Assembly (NCBI GenBank): GCA_944372745.1
Contig: CALWAB010000057.1
Location: forward strand, 1-43,302
Length of the DNA stretch: 43,302 nucleotides
Source: an uncultured Clostridia bacterium
GTDB taxonomy: Bacteria > Bacillota > Clostridia > Christensenellales > UBA1242
Direction of reading: 5' to 3'
Positions within the stretch are counted from its first letter, which is position 1. Each line of letters starts with the position of its first letter. Position numbers and translations under genes: made by a program. Under the pieces are notes generated by a model, which searched no databases, was not told where the DNA came from, and saw only the letters and a list, made by a program, of their open reading frames with translations. Positions 7,685 through 17,248 of this stretch are shown here, in pieces.

Positions 7685-8724
7685 TTTTCATCTTTTTTAA
7701 TTTGTTTATTTAACAAATCATTTTGTGGTTCGACATTATCTTTGTTGATTTTAGTTTGTTTATCATCCAATGCTAATTTCTCTTTATCTACTGCTGTTTT
7801 TTCTTTTTTCTTATTTTTTCTTTTAATCTTTAATTTACTAAATTTGTTAATAAAGTATTGTTTAAATCTATCTTGATATTTCCAGCATAATACAAAAAGA
7901 GTAATAAGCAATAAGATTAAAATTGGCCATACATAAAGCCCCCAACCACTATAAGGAATAAGTTGTCCACTACCTACATAAGCAGTTGTAAATATACCTA
8001 TTGGACGAGTAAAGATGCTTGCAAAGAAGAAAAATCTAAATGACATACTTGTAACCCCCGCAACCAAACATAGTATATCGTCAGGGAATACTGGGAATAA
8101 AAACATAAGTATTAATAAATACTTTCCTTTTTTATTTAATAAGTCACAATATTTTTTTGTCTGCTCTACCCCAGCAATCCATTCTACTATTTTTCTACCA
8201 AATACTCTTCCCAAAAAGAAAGCAAGGAAACTGCCTAAAAGTACGCCAGCAACACTGACAAGAGAAGCAACCAATGGTCCATATATAGCTACCCCAACAA
8301 GAGTAGTAGCCATCGATGGTATAGGAGCGAATAAAACTTGAGCGAATTGAATAAGGAAAAAGACTAGAATACCCCAGATGCCAGAACTTTGAATCATTTC
8401 TCTTATTTTCTCTGGGTCTTCAAGATATGCTAACCACCCATTAAGGTAACAAACTACATACAAAATTACTACAATGTATCCTACAATAAGCAAGGTTATG
8501 CACAGTTTATAAGTTTTTAAATATTTTTTGAAGTATGATACAAGGAGTATATTTGCTAATATGATAAAGTATAATGCTGCCCCCCACTCTAACCACCAAG
8601 CCTGATCCCAATCTATAGCTAAAGTTACTACTGCTAGAGCAATTGAAATTATAGATATGATTATACTTATTATTCTTTTAAGTTCTTCATTCATAAATGC
8701 ACCAATATTTTTATTATACAACAT
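7675..8724 (-). CDS. TVP38/TMEM64 (DedA-superfamily) membrane protein with a Lys-rich C-terminal tail
   Basis: Polytopic, with the FPVFPDDILCLVAGVT motif. An alternative start is the ATG at 8694 (MNEELKR), preceded by GGTG. Confidence 0.75.
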   Translation of the reverse strand: MLYNKNIGAFMNEELKRIISIIISIISIALAVVTLAIDWDQAWWLEWGAALYFIILANILLVSYFKKYLKTYKLCITLLIVGYIVVILYVVCYLNGWLAYLEDPEKIREMIQSSGIWGILVFFLIQFAQVLFAPIPSMATTLVGVAIYGPLVASLVSVAGVLLGSFLAFFLGRVFGRKIVEWIAGVEQTKKYCDLLNKKGKYLLILMFLFPVFPDDILCLVAGVTSMSFRFFFFASIFTRPIGIFTTAYVGSGQLIPYSGWGLYVWPILILLLITLFVLCWKYQDRFKQYFINKFSKLKIKRKNKKKEKTAVDKEKLALDDKQTKINKDNVEPQNDLLNKQIKKDEKKK

Positions 8725-8759
8725 TTTAACATAAAATAAAACAAAATTAACTATATTTG

Positions 8760-8788
8760 TTTACTATTTTAAATTAATATGCTATAAT
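8760..8788 (+). promoter_or_regulatory. Promoter of the ABC-2 / dipeptidase / rnhA gene string
   Basis: TTTACT, a 17-nt spacer, then TGc-TATAAT (8783-8788). Confidence 0.5.
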
Positions 8789-8808
8789 TCATTTATGGAA
8801 GGTGTAAT

Positions 8809-9726
8809 TTGGTTGATAAGGTATTAAGCGTTACAAATCTAACTAAAAAATTTAAAGATAGGGTTGCAGTAGATAATGTATCTTTTAATGTTTATGAGGG
8901 TGAAATCGTTGGTTTGCTTGGACCAAATGGTGCTGGTAAAAGCACAATAATAAAAATGATAACAGGTTTAAGTAAAATTACAAGTGGTGATGTCATAATT
9001 TGCGGTGTATCAATAAAAAATCATTTTGAAAAAGCAATAAGAAATGTGGGTGCAATAATAGAAACGCCTAATATGTACGGATACATGACTGGAAAACAAA
9101 ATTTAAAATACTATGCTAATCTTTATAAGGGAATTCCAAAATCAAGAATTGATGAAGTAGCAGAATTAGTTGGGCTAAAAGATAGAATCAAAGACAAAGT
9201 AAAAACTTATTCATTAGGTATGAAACAAAGACTTGGCATAGCACAAGCCATTCTACACAAACCCAAAATATTAATACTTGATGAACCAACTAATGGACTT
9301 GACCCAAATGGGATATTGGAAATGAGAACATTTCTCAAAAAAATTGCAAAAACTGAAAAAACTTCAATTTTAGTTTCAAGTCATATTTTGAGCGAAATGG
9401 AAGCATTGTGTAATACGGTAGCTATTATAGATAAAGGCAAATTAAAACAAATACGATCAGTACACAATCTTTCAAGTGAATTGGGAATCAAATCAAAAAT
9501 TGCTATAAAAGTTAACTATCCAAACTTTGCTGGCAAATTAATTATGAATAAATTTGGTTACAATGTGGATGTAGCTGGTCAAAATGTAGTTTGTGAGATG
9601 CTGGAAAAAGACATTCCTGCGGTAACATCGTATTTAATATCAATGAAAATACCTATTTTTGGTATAACATCAGTAAGTAAATCACTGGAACAAATGTTCT
9701 TAGATGTAGTTAATGGGAACGAATAA
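8809..9726 (+). CDS. ABC transporter ATP-binding protein (ABC-2 exporter type)
   Basis: Walker A is GPNGAGKST, signature is LSLGMKQRL, Walker B is ILILDEP. The start is TTG, 6 nt after GGAAGG. Confidence 0.9.
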   Translation: MVDKVLSVTNLTKKFKDRVAVDNVSFNVYEGEIVGLLGPNGAGKSTIIKMITGLSKITSGDVIICGVSIKNHFEKAIRNVGAIIETPNMYGYMTGKQNLKYYANLYKGIPKSRIDEVAELVGLKDRIKDKVKTYSLGMKQRLGIAQAILHKPKILILDEPTNGLDPNGILEMRTFLKKIAKTEKTSILVSSHILSEMEALCNTVAIIDKGKLKQIRSVHNLSSELGIKSKIAIKVNYPNFAGKLIMNKFGYNVDVAGQNVVCEMLEKDIPAVTSYLISMKIPIFGITSVSKSLEQMFLDVVNGNE

Positions 9727-9737
9727 AGAGGTATAAT

Positions 9738-11489
9738 ATGAATTCTTTTTGGAGAATCACTCGAGGTGAATTAGATAAAATATTTGTACGCCCTGCAATA
9801 TTTATTATGACAGGATTTTTTGTGCTTGCTATAGTTGTTTCTGTTTTGATGTTTGACCCTGCCCCACGCAATGACCTAATGAATTTAGCAAATATTCAAG
9901 GAGAAAGCGTCACAGAAGTATATCAAAACTTCAACAATAATCAAAATAAATTAGTGTTCGATTCCAACTTTGATAATATAAACGATATGATAAATTTCTA
10001 TAATGGAACAGACAATACTGTTGTAGGTAAACAACAACTAATCACCAACTTTGATAATGTGTTAAGCATATTTGAAGAATACTCAACTTCTATAGAAAGT
10101 GAAAATAATGATATAAATAATATTATTTCATTGAAAAATGATTTGAGAAATTCAATTCTAGTTTTAATGAGCTCTTATAGTTCTATTAATGAAAATTTTT
10201 TAACAATGCTTATTACAAACGAAAACAATGAAAATACTCTAAGAATGTTAAATCAATTAAATAATGAAGCATCGACAAGTGGCGATGAACGCGATATAGA
10301 ACATCATCAAAGAATAGTAAATAACATTAATCAACAAGGATATTTAACAACATTACAAACTCTTTTTGATAGCATAGTTCAAGTAGAAGTTTCAACTGAA
10401 CTATTAAATTCTTTATATAATAACTATTATGTAATTGCTGAACAAAGATTAGATGATATCACTAGTGAAATGGTTTCAATTTATAATTCTGCCTTAACAA
10501 ATTCAGAAATTAATTTCAGTGATGAAAGTATCAATAATATAAAAACTTTAGCTGATAATTACAAATTACATATTGATGAAGTAAATATCATAATCACTAA
10601 TAATATTATGTTAAATATTGTTGGAGATTTATCAACTTCAAGTTTAGACAATTATACCTTTGCCGATTTACAGGATTTTAACAAATACCAAGCAAAAGAA
10701 GAATTAACAAAAAATGTATATTTATTTGAAACCAATACATATTCCTATGAATATGCAAATGTTTTTCAATCCAATGTGAATTCTAACGAAAATACTAATG
10801 CTTACGATTTTATGTATTATGCACTTGAATTTTTGAGCTTTATAATTGTAATTTATTGTGTCATTATTGGTTCTGGAATGATATCAGGAGAAACCTCTGG
10901 CGGAACAATGAAAATGTTAGCCATAAGACCATACCGAAGAAACAAAATTATAACTGGAAAATTAACGGCAACATTTTTGCTAGGCGTTATATTTTTAATT
11001 ATTGGAACATTAACCACATTTATAATTGGTGCAAGACTATATGGATTAAGTAGTTTGCCTATCTTGATGATATTTAATGCAGAAACAGCTTCTGTAATAT
11101 CAGCACCTGCCCTATTTTTCATATTTTTAGCTTTATTGTTGGTTAGAATAATTGTTTATACGATATTAGCAGTATTTATATCTACCGCATTTAAGAGCAA
11201 CATAGCTGCTGTAATAATTTCTGTAATGATATATATATTTGTTGCCCTTTTTGGAAATTTATTTGGAGATAGTCCAGTTTATGGCTATTTACCTTTTGCT
11301 AATGTTGATTTATTTAGATTTTTTGGTGGAGAATTTTTAGCCAATAATGGAAATGTGCTAGGATTAGATTTTTCTTGCCCTATACAACCTGATTTGAATT
11401 TCTATATTAGTTTAATAATTGTGTTAGTGTTTGTAGCAATTTTAATTGCTGCCACATACATTATATTTAAAAAGCGAGATATAGAATGA
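9738..11489 (+). CDS. ABC-2 family permease with a ~330-aa Asn-rich extracytoplasmic domain
   Basis: One N-terminal TM helix is followed by a long N/S/E-rich segment and five C-terminal TM helices. It lies immediately after the ATPase gene. Confidence 0.7.
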   Translation: MNSFWRITRGELDKIFVRPAIFIMTGFFVLAIVVSVLMFDPAPRNDLMNLANIQGESVTEVYQNFNNNQNKLVFDSNFDNINDMINFYNGTDNTVVGKQQLITNFDNVLSIFEEYSTSIESENNDINNIISLKNDLRNSILVLMSSYSSINENFLTMLITNENNENTLRMLNQLNNEASTSGDERDIEHHQRIVNNINQQGYLTTLQTLFDSIVQVEVSTELLNSLYNNYYVIAEQRLDDITSEMVSIYNSALTNSEINFSDESINNIKTLADNYKLHIDEVNIIITNNIMLNIVGDLSTSSLDNYTFADLQDFNKYQAKEELTKNVYLFETNTYSYEYANVFQSNVNSNENTNAYDFMYYALEFLSFIIVIYCVIIGSGMISGETSGGTMKMLAIRPYRRNKIITGKLTATFLLGVIFLIIGTLTTFIIGARLYGLSSLPILMIFNAETASVISAPALFFIFLALLLVRIIVYTILAVFISTAFKSNIAAVIISVMIYIFVALFGNLFGDSPVYGYLPFANVDLFRFFGGEFLANNGNVLGLDFSCPIQPDLNFYISLIIVLVFVAILIAATYIIFKKRDIE

Positions 11490-12322
11490 CAAATTTTCAA
11501 ATAGCAGACTCACATAATGACTTTTTATCGTCTAACTATGATTATCAATTAATAAATAAAGATTTTAAAAAGAATAATATTGCTTTGTGCAATGCTATTC
11601 TTTTTTCTAAAAATAAAGAACTTAATATTAAAAAATCAAAAAAAATAATATGTGAGATAAATAAGCAAAAATATTTATCATCTCATTGTGTTTTTTCTTT
11701 TGAGAATTTAACTTTTTTAAAAGAAAAAGATTTTGATAAATTAATTTCATTTCAGCCATTTTCTTGCTCTTTAACTTGGAATTACGATAATCAATTTGCA
11801 GGTGGCGCAATTGAATTTGGGGCTTTAACGCTTAGAGGTATTAACCTTATAAAACTAATGAATAAACATAACATAATACTAGACACAGCACATTTAAATA
11901 GGCAAAGCTTTTGGCAGGCCATTAAATACACCACACTTCCAATTTTTAACTCACATACATGTTATAATTTAATTGAACATAGACGAAATTTGGATATAGA
12001 ACAAATTAAGGCAATTATAGATACAAATGGATTTATAGGTATTACATTTGTTTCATCTTTTTTAAGCCACAGACACACAAGTTCTTCACTTGATGTTTTT
12101 AAAAACATTGATGCTATTATACAAAAATTTGGTATAAATAATATAGGTATAGGTACAGATTTTTATGGGACAAATCAACTGCCACAAGATTTGAAAAAAT
12201 ATGATGATTTTGTAAATTTATATTTCCTTTTTAAAAAATATAAATATACAGATAATGATATAAATAAAATTTTTTCGCAAAATTTTATAAAATTCGTAAA
12301 AAACAACTACAAACATTTGTAA
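11486..12322 (+). CDS. Peptidase M19 (membrane dipeptidase)-like metallohydrolase
   Basis: Contains ADSHNDF (HxD), SFENL, DTAHLN, FNSHT and GIGTDFYG, matching the M19 metal-ligand pattern. Its start overlaps the permease stop as ATGA. Confidence 0.7.
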   Translation: MTNFQIADSHNDFLSSNYDYQLINKDFKKNNIALCNAILFSKNKELNIKKSKKIICEINKQKYLSSHCVFSFENLTFLKEKDFDKLISFQPFSCSLTWNYDNQFAGGAIEFGALTLRGINLIKLMNKHNIILDTAHLNRQSFWQAIKYTTLPIFNSHTCYNLIEHRRNLDIEQIKAIIDTNGFIGITFVSSFLSHRHTSSSLDVFKNIDAIIQKFGINNIGIGTDFYGTNQLPQDLKKYDDFVNLYFLFKKYKYTDNDINKIFSQNFIKFVKNNYKHL

Positions 12323-12351
12323 AAAGAATCTTACTTTGATATAATTTTTAT

Positions 12352-12804
12352 ATGAAAAATATAATTATTTATACAGACGGTGCTTGTTCATATAATCCTG
12401 GACCAGGTGGTTGGGGTGCAATTTTAATTTATAAAAATACGGAAAAAGAGATTTCAGGGTTTGTACCAAATACTACAAATAATAGAATGGAACTACAAGC
12501 GGTTATATCAGCATTAGAATTAGTTAAAGAGCAATGCATAATAGATATATATACTGACTCAGCTTATATTTATAACGCTTTTACCGCTGATTGGATCTCC
12601 TCTTGGATAAATAATGGATGGAGAACTTCCGATAAAAAGCAAGTGCAAAATATAGATTTATGGCAAAAAATAATTGAATTCGATAAAAAACATACTATTC
12701 ACTGGCATAAAGTTAAAGGACATTCAGATAATTTTTATAATAATAGATGCGATGCATTAGCACGAGGAGAAATTTTAAAAAATAGTCAAAATGGTAATGA
12801 ATAG
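12352..12804 (+). CDS. rnhA: Ribonuclease HI
   Basis: Contains IYTDGACSYNPGPGGWGAIL, TNNRMELQAVISALE, YTDSAYI and KVKGHSDNFYNNRCDALA. Confidence 0.93.
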   Translation: MKNIIIYTDGACSYNPGPGGWGAILIYKNTEKEISGFVPNTTNNRMELQAVISALELVKEQCIIDIYTDSAYIYNAFTADWISSWINNGWRTSDKKQVQNIDLWQKIIEFDKKHTIHWHKVKGHSDNFYNNRCDALARGEILKNSQNGNE

Positions 12805-12828
12805 GAATCATATTTCATTTTATAAAAT

Positions 12829-12854
12829 AAAATGGCACAAATATGTGCCATTTT
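12829..12854. terminator. Bidirectional terminator between rnhA and rny
   Basis: AAAATGGCACA-AATA-TGTGCCATTTT, an 11-bp stem. Confidence 0.75.
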
Positions 12855-14445
12855 ATTTTGCATATTCAACTTTTCTTGTTTCTCTAATAACATTAACTTT
12901 AATTTGACCAGGATATTCAACTTCTTCTTCAATTTTTTTAGAAATATCTTTAGCTAAAAACATTGCTTCTTCATCTGAGATTTCTTCAGGCTTAACAATG
13001 ACTCGTATTTCTCTTCCTGCCTGTATGGCATAAGCTTTGTCAACACCTTTAAACGAATTAGAAATTTCTTCCAATTTTTCGACTCTTTTAATATAAGTTT
13101 CAAGGCTTTCCCTTCTTGCCCCCGGTCTAGCACTAGAAATAGCATCAGCCACTTGTACTAATATAGCTTCAACAGATTTAAATGGTACATCGCCATGATG
13201 AGCTTCTATACAATGAATAACAGCTTCACTTTCTTTATACTTTTTAGCAAGTTGTACACCTAATTCAACATGTGTTCCTTCTACTTCTTGGTCTACAGCT
13301 TTACCAATATCATGTAGTAATCCCCCACGCTTTGCAGTTTCTACATCAACGCCAAGTTCAGTCGCTAATAAGCATGCTAATCTTGAAACTTCTAAAGAAT
13401 GTACAAGTACATTTTGACCATAACTTGTTCTATATTTTAATCTACCAAGAAGAACACACAATGCAGGATGAAGTCCGTGAACATCTGCTTCGTATGAAAC
13501 ATCTTCGCCAGTCTGTTTCATCTCGGCTTCAATATCTTTTCGCACTTTATCAGCCATTTCTTCAATCCTAGCTGGATTAATTCTTCCGTCTAACATCAAT
13601 TTTTCAATAGTTCTTTTTGCGATTTCTCGTCTTAAAGGGTCAAAACTTGATAGTATTACTGATTCAGGCGTATCATCTATAATTAAATCAACACCAGTTG
13701 CACTTTCTATAGCTCTTATATTCCTTCCTTCCCGTCCAATTAATCTTCCTTTCATATCTTCGTTAGGAATATTAACTGATGAAACTGTTATATCCGCAGT
13801 ATAATCAGTGGCGCATCTTTGAATCGCTTGGGTAACAATATCAACAGCATATCTATCCGCATTTTCTTTGGCTTCTTCTTCCATTGCTCTTATTTCAGAA
13901 GCAATACTTTTTCTTGTTTCTTCTTTTATACTTTCAATAAGAACTTTCTTAGCTTCTTCAGTTGTCATCTTTGAAACTTTTTCAAGTTCTAGTTGAATAT
14001 CGCCTTTTTGTTTTTCTACCTGTTCTTGAAAAACTATTAAATCTTGTTCCTTTTGCTCTAAATTTTGTTTTAAACTTTCAAGTTGTTCTAATTTCTGCTC
14101 AAAACTTTGTTCTTTCTTATTTTGGTATTCCTCTCTTTGCAAAACTCGTTCTTCAATTCTTTGCATCTCTTGTCTGCGTTCTTTGATTTCTAAATCATAA
14201 TCCGCTTTGAGTTTAAATATCTCGTCTTTAGCTTCCAAAATAAGCTCTTTTTTTTGGGCTTTAGCATCATTTACGGCGTCTTCAATAATCTTTTTTGCTG
14301 ATTTTGTAGCATTGTCAATTCTTTTTTGTATAATAAACCTATATAAAAAATAACCGCCAATAACCCCTATAGCCACACAACCTAAAATTATTAAAATTAA
14401 TGGGAAAACACCGATACTGACGCTATAAAGCATATTTATAGTCAT
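12853..14445 (-). CDS. rny: Ribonuclease Y
   Basis: An N-terminal TM helix and a coiled coil are followed by a KH domain (GRLIGREGRNIRAIE) and an HD domain (LLHDIGKA...HH). recA-rny is the Bacillus order. Confidence 0.95.
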   Translation of the reverse strand: MTINMLYSVSIGVFPLILIILGCVAIGVIGGYFLYRFIIQKRIDNATKSAKKIIEDAVNDAKAQKKELILEAKDEIFKLKADYDLEIKERRQEMQRIEERVLQREEYQNKKEQSFEQKLEQLESLKQNLEQKEQDLIVFQEQVEKQKGDIQLELEKVSKMTTEEAKKVLIESIKEETRKSIASEIRAMEEEAKENADRYAVDIVTQAIQRCATDYTADITVSSVNIPNEDMKGRLIGREGRNIRAIESATGVDLIIDDTPESVILSSFDPLRREIAKRTIEKLMLDGRINPARIEEMADKVRKDIEAEMKQTGEDVSYEADVHGLHPALCVLLGRLKYRTSYGQNVLVHSLEVSRLACLLATELGVDVETAKRGGLLHDIGKAVDQEVEGTHVELGVQLAKKYKESEAVIHCIEAHHGDVPFKSVEAILVQVADAISSARPGARRESLETYIKRVEKLEEISNSFKGVDKAYAIQAGREIRVIVKPEEISDEEAMFLAKDISKKIEEEVEYPGQIKVNVIRETRKVEYAK

Positions 14446-14495
14446 ACCGATTATTTCTCCTTAAAAAATTTATACATATATAATATGTACAATTA

Positions 14496-14524
14496 ATTGT
14501 ATATTTTTTTATATAAATTGTCAA
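14496..14524 (-). promoter_or_regulatory. rny promoter
   Basis: The minus strand has TTGACA (14519-14524), a 17-nt spacer and TACAAT (14496-14501). The -10 lies inside the palindrome TACAATTAATTGTA. Confidence 0.6.
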
Positions 14525-14546
14525 GTAAATGACATTCTTTTATAAA

Positions 14547-14568
14547 AAAAGAAGTATGAACTTCTTTT
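14547..14568 (-). terminator. recA terminator
   Basis: On the minus strand, the AAAAGAAGT/ACTTCTTTT stem with a TCAT loop is followed by TTTTTTTATA. Confidence 0.65.
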
Positions 14569-15559
14569 ATTCATCAATGACATCAAATTCAGCTTTTAGC
14601 TTATCATTAATTTCATCAAATATTTCTTTGTTATCAATTAAATACTGTTTAGCAGCCTCTTTGCCCTGTCCTATTTTCATATCATTATAAGAGAACCAAG
14701 CTCCACTTTTTTGAATGATATTTTTTGCTACTGCCATATCTAGCAAACTACCTTCTTTAGAAATACCTGTACCATACATAATATCAAATTCAGCAACTTT
14801 AAAAGGCGGAGACATTTTATTTTTTACAATTTTAGCTTTTGTCTTATTACCTACAATGTTTTCTCCTACTTTTATAACATCAGCTTTCCTAATATCAATT
14901 CTTATTGATGCATAGAATTTTAATGCCTTACCACCAGTAGTTACCTCTGGTGACCCAAATAAGACCCCAACCTTTTCTCTTAATTGATTAATAAAGATAA
15001 CACAAGTATTAGATTTATTAATTATGCCCGTTAACTTTCTTAAAGCCTGTGACATCAATCTAGCTTGAAGCCCAATAAAACTTTCTCCCATCTCACCTTC
15101 AATTTCCGCCTTAGGAGTTAAAGCTGCCACAGAATCAATTACTACTATGCTAAATACTCCACTACGAACAAGTGATTCGGTTATATCTAGAGCTTGCTCA
15201 CCTGTATCAGGTTGAGATAAATATAGATTCTCTACATCAACACCAATTTTTGACGCATAAACAGGGTCTAGAGCATGTTCTGCATCTATAAAAGCAGCTA
15301 CTCCCCCCATTTTTTGTGCTTCTGCTATAATATGTAAAGCTACCGTTGTTTTCCCCGATGATTCAGGTCCATAAATTTCTATTATTCTTCCTTTAGGTAC
15401 TCCCCCTATCCCTAATGCGTAATCTAGTGTCAAACATCCAGTAGGAATCACATCTATTTTTTGATAATATTTTTCACCGAGCTTCATTATTGACCCTTTC
15501 CCATATTGTTTCTCAAGGTCTGCTATGACCTGCTCTAGTATTTTGTCTTTTTCTTCCAT
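14567..15559 (-). CDS. recA: Recombinase RecA
   Basis: Contains [19 protein letters not shown] and the L1/L2 regions. The protein is unmistakable. Confidence 0.98.
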   Translation of the reverse strand: MEEKDKILEQVIADLEKQYGKGSIMKLGEKYYQKIDVIPTGCLTLDYALGIGGVPKGRIIEIYGPESSGKTTVALHIIAEAQKMGGVAAFIDAEHALDPVYASKIGVDVENLYLSQPDTGEQALDITESLVRSGVFSIVVIDSVAALTPKAEIEGEMGESFIGLQARLMSQALRKLTGIINKSNTCVIFINQLREKVGVLFGSPEVTTGGKALKFYASIRIDIRKADVIKVGENIVGNKTKAKIVKNKMSPPFKVAEFDIMYGTGISKEGSLLDMAVAKNIIQKSGAWFSYNDMKIGQGKEAAKQYLIDNKEIFDEINDKLKAEFDVIDE

Positions 15560-15577
15560 AATAATTTCTCCATTTTT

Positions 15578-15605
15578 AGAACATATTTTTGATAATTATA
15601 TTATA
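15578..15605 (-). promoter_or_regulatory. recA -10 element plus a weak half SOS box
   Basis: The minus strand has TATAAT (15600-15605) followed by AAAAATATGTTCT (15578-15590). Only the right half (ATGTTC) fits the Cheo box. Confidence 0.3.
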
Positions 15606-16665
15606 CCGCATAATTTGAAATATTCAAAGTGTTTTGACGAAGTTTTTTAATTAATTCAAAAATTGTTGTATTTGTTCCATATTTTATAACAAAATTTTTG
15701 TCTCCTAATACACTGTGTTTATACACATTAACTGCATCCCTATCTCCTATTGCAGTAAAGAATACACCTGTATTATTGGAATTTGTATAACCACTTGTAG
15801 CTATTACTATGTCGCATGAACTATGGTCTAACATATTAGTGGCCATCTCATAAACTACTTCAGCGCTCACTTCAGAATACTGGTCTAATATTTTTTTATC
15901 TATATGAAGTTGATTTTGTAAAGATTGTGCAGAATAAACAATCAAGGCGTCATCAATAAATTGATAAGCGGAGTCAGTTTCATTTAGTAAGGTATCTGTT
16001 AACTTTCCCCCTGTAAAATTCTCCGCTATGCTTATTTTTAAATTTCTGAGTGAAAGAATTTCTACAACAGCTTCAGCAAGTCCTATATCTTTTGACGCAT
16101 AAAAAGCTTTTTTTAAATCTTTTACAAAAACGGATACTATATTATCTTGAATATTCTTATCTACAGACGAAAGAAATCTAAATATTATTAAACTATCTCC
16201 ATATTCTGTATGAACATAATAATCAAAAATATTGTTAGAAATTTTATATTCTTTCAAATAATTATTTATATTCTCTTCGGATAATCCAAAACATTTGATA
16301 CAATAATTATCATAATCTAATTTTAAATTTGTTACAACAACATTTTTAAGCAAATCAAACGAATTCAAAGTATTTGTATTAATAACCATTATATTATTGC
16401 TGGGACTTGAATATGTACCATTACCACAATCAGCCATTTGATTTAGCGGAACTAACAATTCGCTGGCTTTTTTTTCTTCGTCTTCTACAAATATAGTCAA
16501 ACCCTTAGAAAATGATTTGTAATCCAATCCCAATAAATCTTCTACCACAGCAAATTGTGTAATATTCAAGCCTATTTTAAATAATTGTTTAAATAATATA
16601 TAATAGTTATCAACTATCCATTTAGCATTGTGATTGTTCATCACAACAAAAATTGACACATTCAT
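15601..16665 (-). CDS. cinA: CinA-family protein (C-terminal PncC/CinA domain; N-terminal domain degenerate)
   Basis: The C-terminal part reads ENFTGGKLTD...VSAEVVYEMA...IATSGY. It occupies the pgsA-cinA-recA position. The N-terminal ~190 aa lack the usual MoCF GxELLxG motif. Confidence 0.75.
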   Translation of the reverse strand: MNVSIFVVMNNHNAKWIVDNYYILFKQLFKIGLNITQFAVVEDLLGLDYKSFSKGLTIFVEDEEKKASELLVPLNQMADCGNGTYSSPSNNIMVINTNTLNSFDLLKNVVVTNLKLDYDNYCIKCFGLSEENINNYLKEYKISNNIFDYYVHTEYGDSLIIFRFLSSVDKNIQDNIVSVFVKDLKKAFYASKDIGLAEAVVEILSLRNLKISIAENFTGGKLTDTLLNETDSAYQFIDDALIVYSAQSLQNQLHIDKKILDQYSEVSAEVVYEMATNMLDHSSCDIVIATSGYTNSNNTGVFFTAIGDRDAVNVYKHSVLGDKNFVIKYGTNTTIFELIKKLRQNTLNISNYAV

Positions 16666-17247
16666 TTATTCTCCCTTCAATACGCTTCTATTTTTAATAA
16701 AATAATCAATTGATGAATAAATAACCATAAAGAGTGCTAATATCCCAATAGCATATACTATGTATGAAAAAATATCTATACCTAACCCTTCGAACCAATT
16801 TTGTTGTTTGTTAATACCCAATAGCATCATACCAACTAAAGCTATATCTAGCAAAAGTGTTTTTATTTTCCCAGATTTATCTGCTGCGATTACTACACCC
16901 TTGGTACTAGCTACTTGTCGCAAACTGTTAACTAAATAATCTCTTGCAAAAACTAGTGCACATGCAATTATGTACACATAAACAGGTAATATTGCATCTT
17001 GTATTATAATCAAAATACCTGCCATCACTAATAACTTATCTGCAATAGGGTCTAAAAATTTGCCAGTATTAGTTACTTCATTGTTTTTTCTAGCAAGATA
17101 TCCATCTAGAAAATCAGTTATAGATGCTATAATAAATAAAATTGTTGCAATTAGTTTCCCATAAGGAATTTCTACAATTAAATAAAATATCATTATAATT
17201 GGAACCAAAGCAATTCGCGATATAGTAATTTTATTAGGTAAATTCAT
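16666..17247 (-). CDS. pgsA: CDP-diacylglycerol--glycerol-3-phosphate 3-phosphatidyltransferase
   Basis: Carries the CDP-alcohol phosphatidyltransferase motif DFLDGYLARK...GKFLDPIADKLL. Confidence 0.93.
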   Translation of the reverse strand: MNLPNKITISRIALVPIIMIFYLIVEIPYGKLIATILFIIASITDFLDGYLARKNNEVTNTGKFLDPIADKLLVMAGILIIIQDAILPVYVYIIACALVFARDYLVNSLRQVASTKGVVIAADKSGKIKTLLLDIALVGMMLLGINKQQNWFEGLGIDIFSYIVYAIGILALFMVIYSSIDYFIKNRSVLKGE

Positions 17248-17248
17248 A

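Noticed and set aside
10606-10616. TTATGTTAAAT, identical to the XerD arm of E. coli dif.
   Set aside because: It lies inside the ABC-2 permease coding region. No matching XerC arm or 6-bp central region precedes it, and AT-only 11-mers are expected by chance in this composition.
14488-14506. The palindrome TACAATTAATTGTA upstream of rny as another operator of the repeat family.
   Set aside because: Its sequence is unrelated to the AATACAC/GTGTATT module, and it is explained by containing the -10 TACAAT of the rny promoter.
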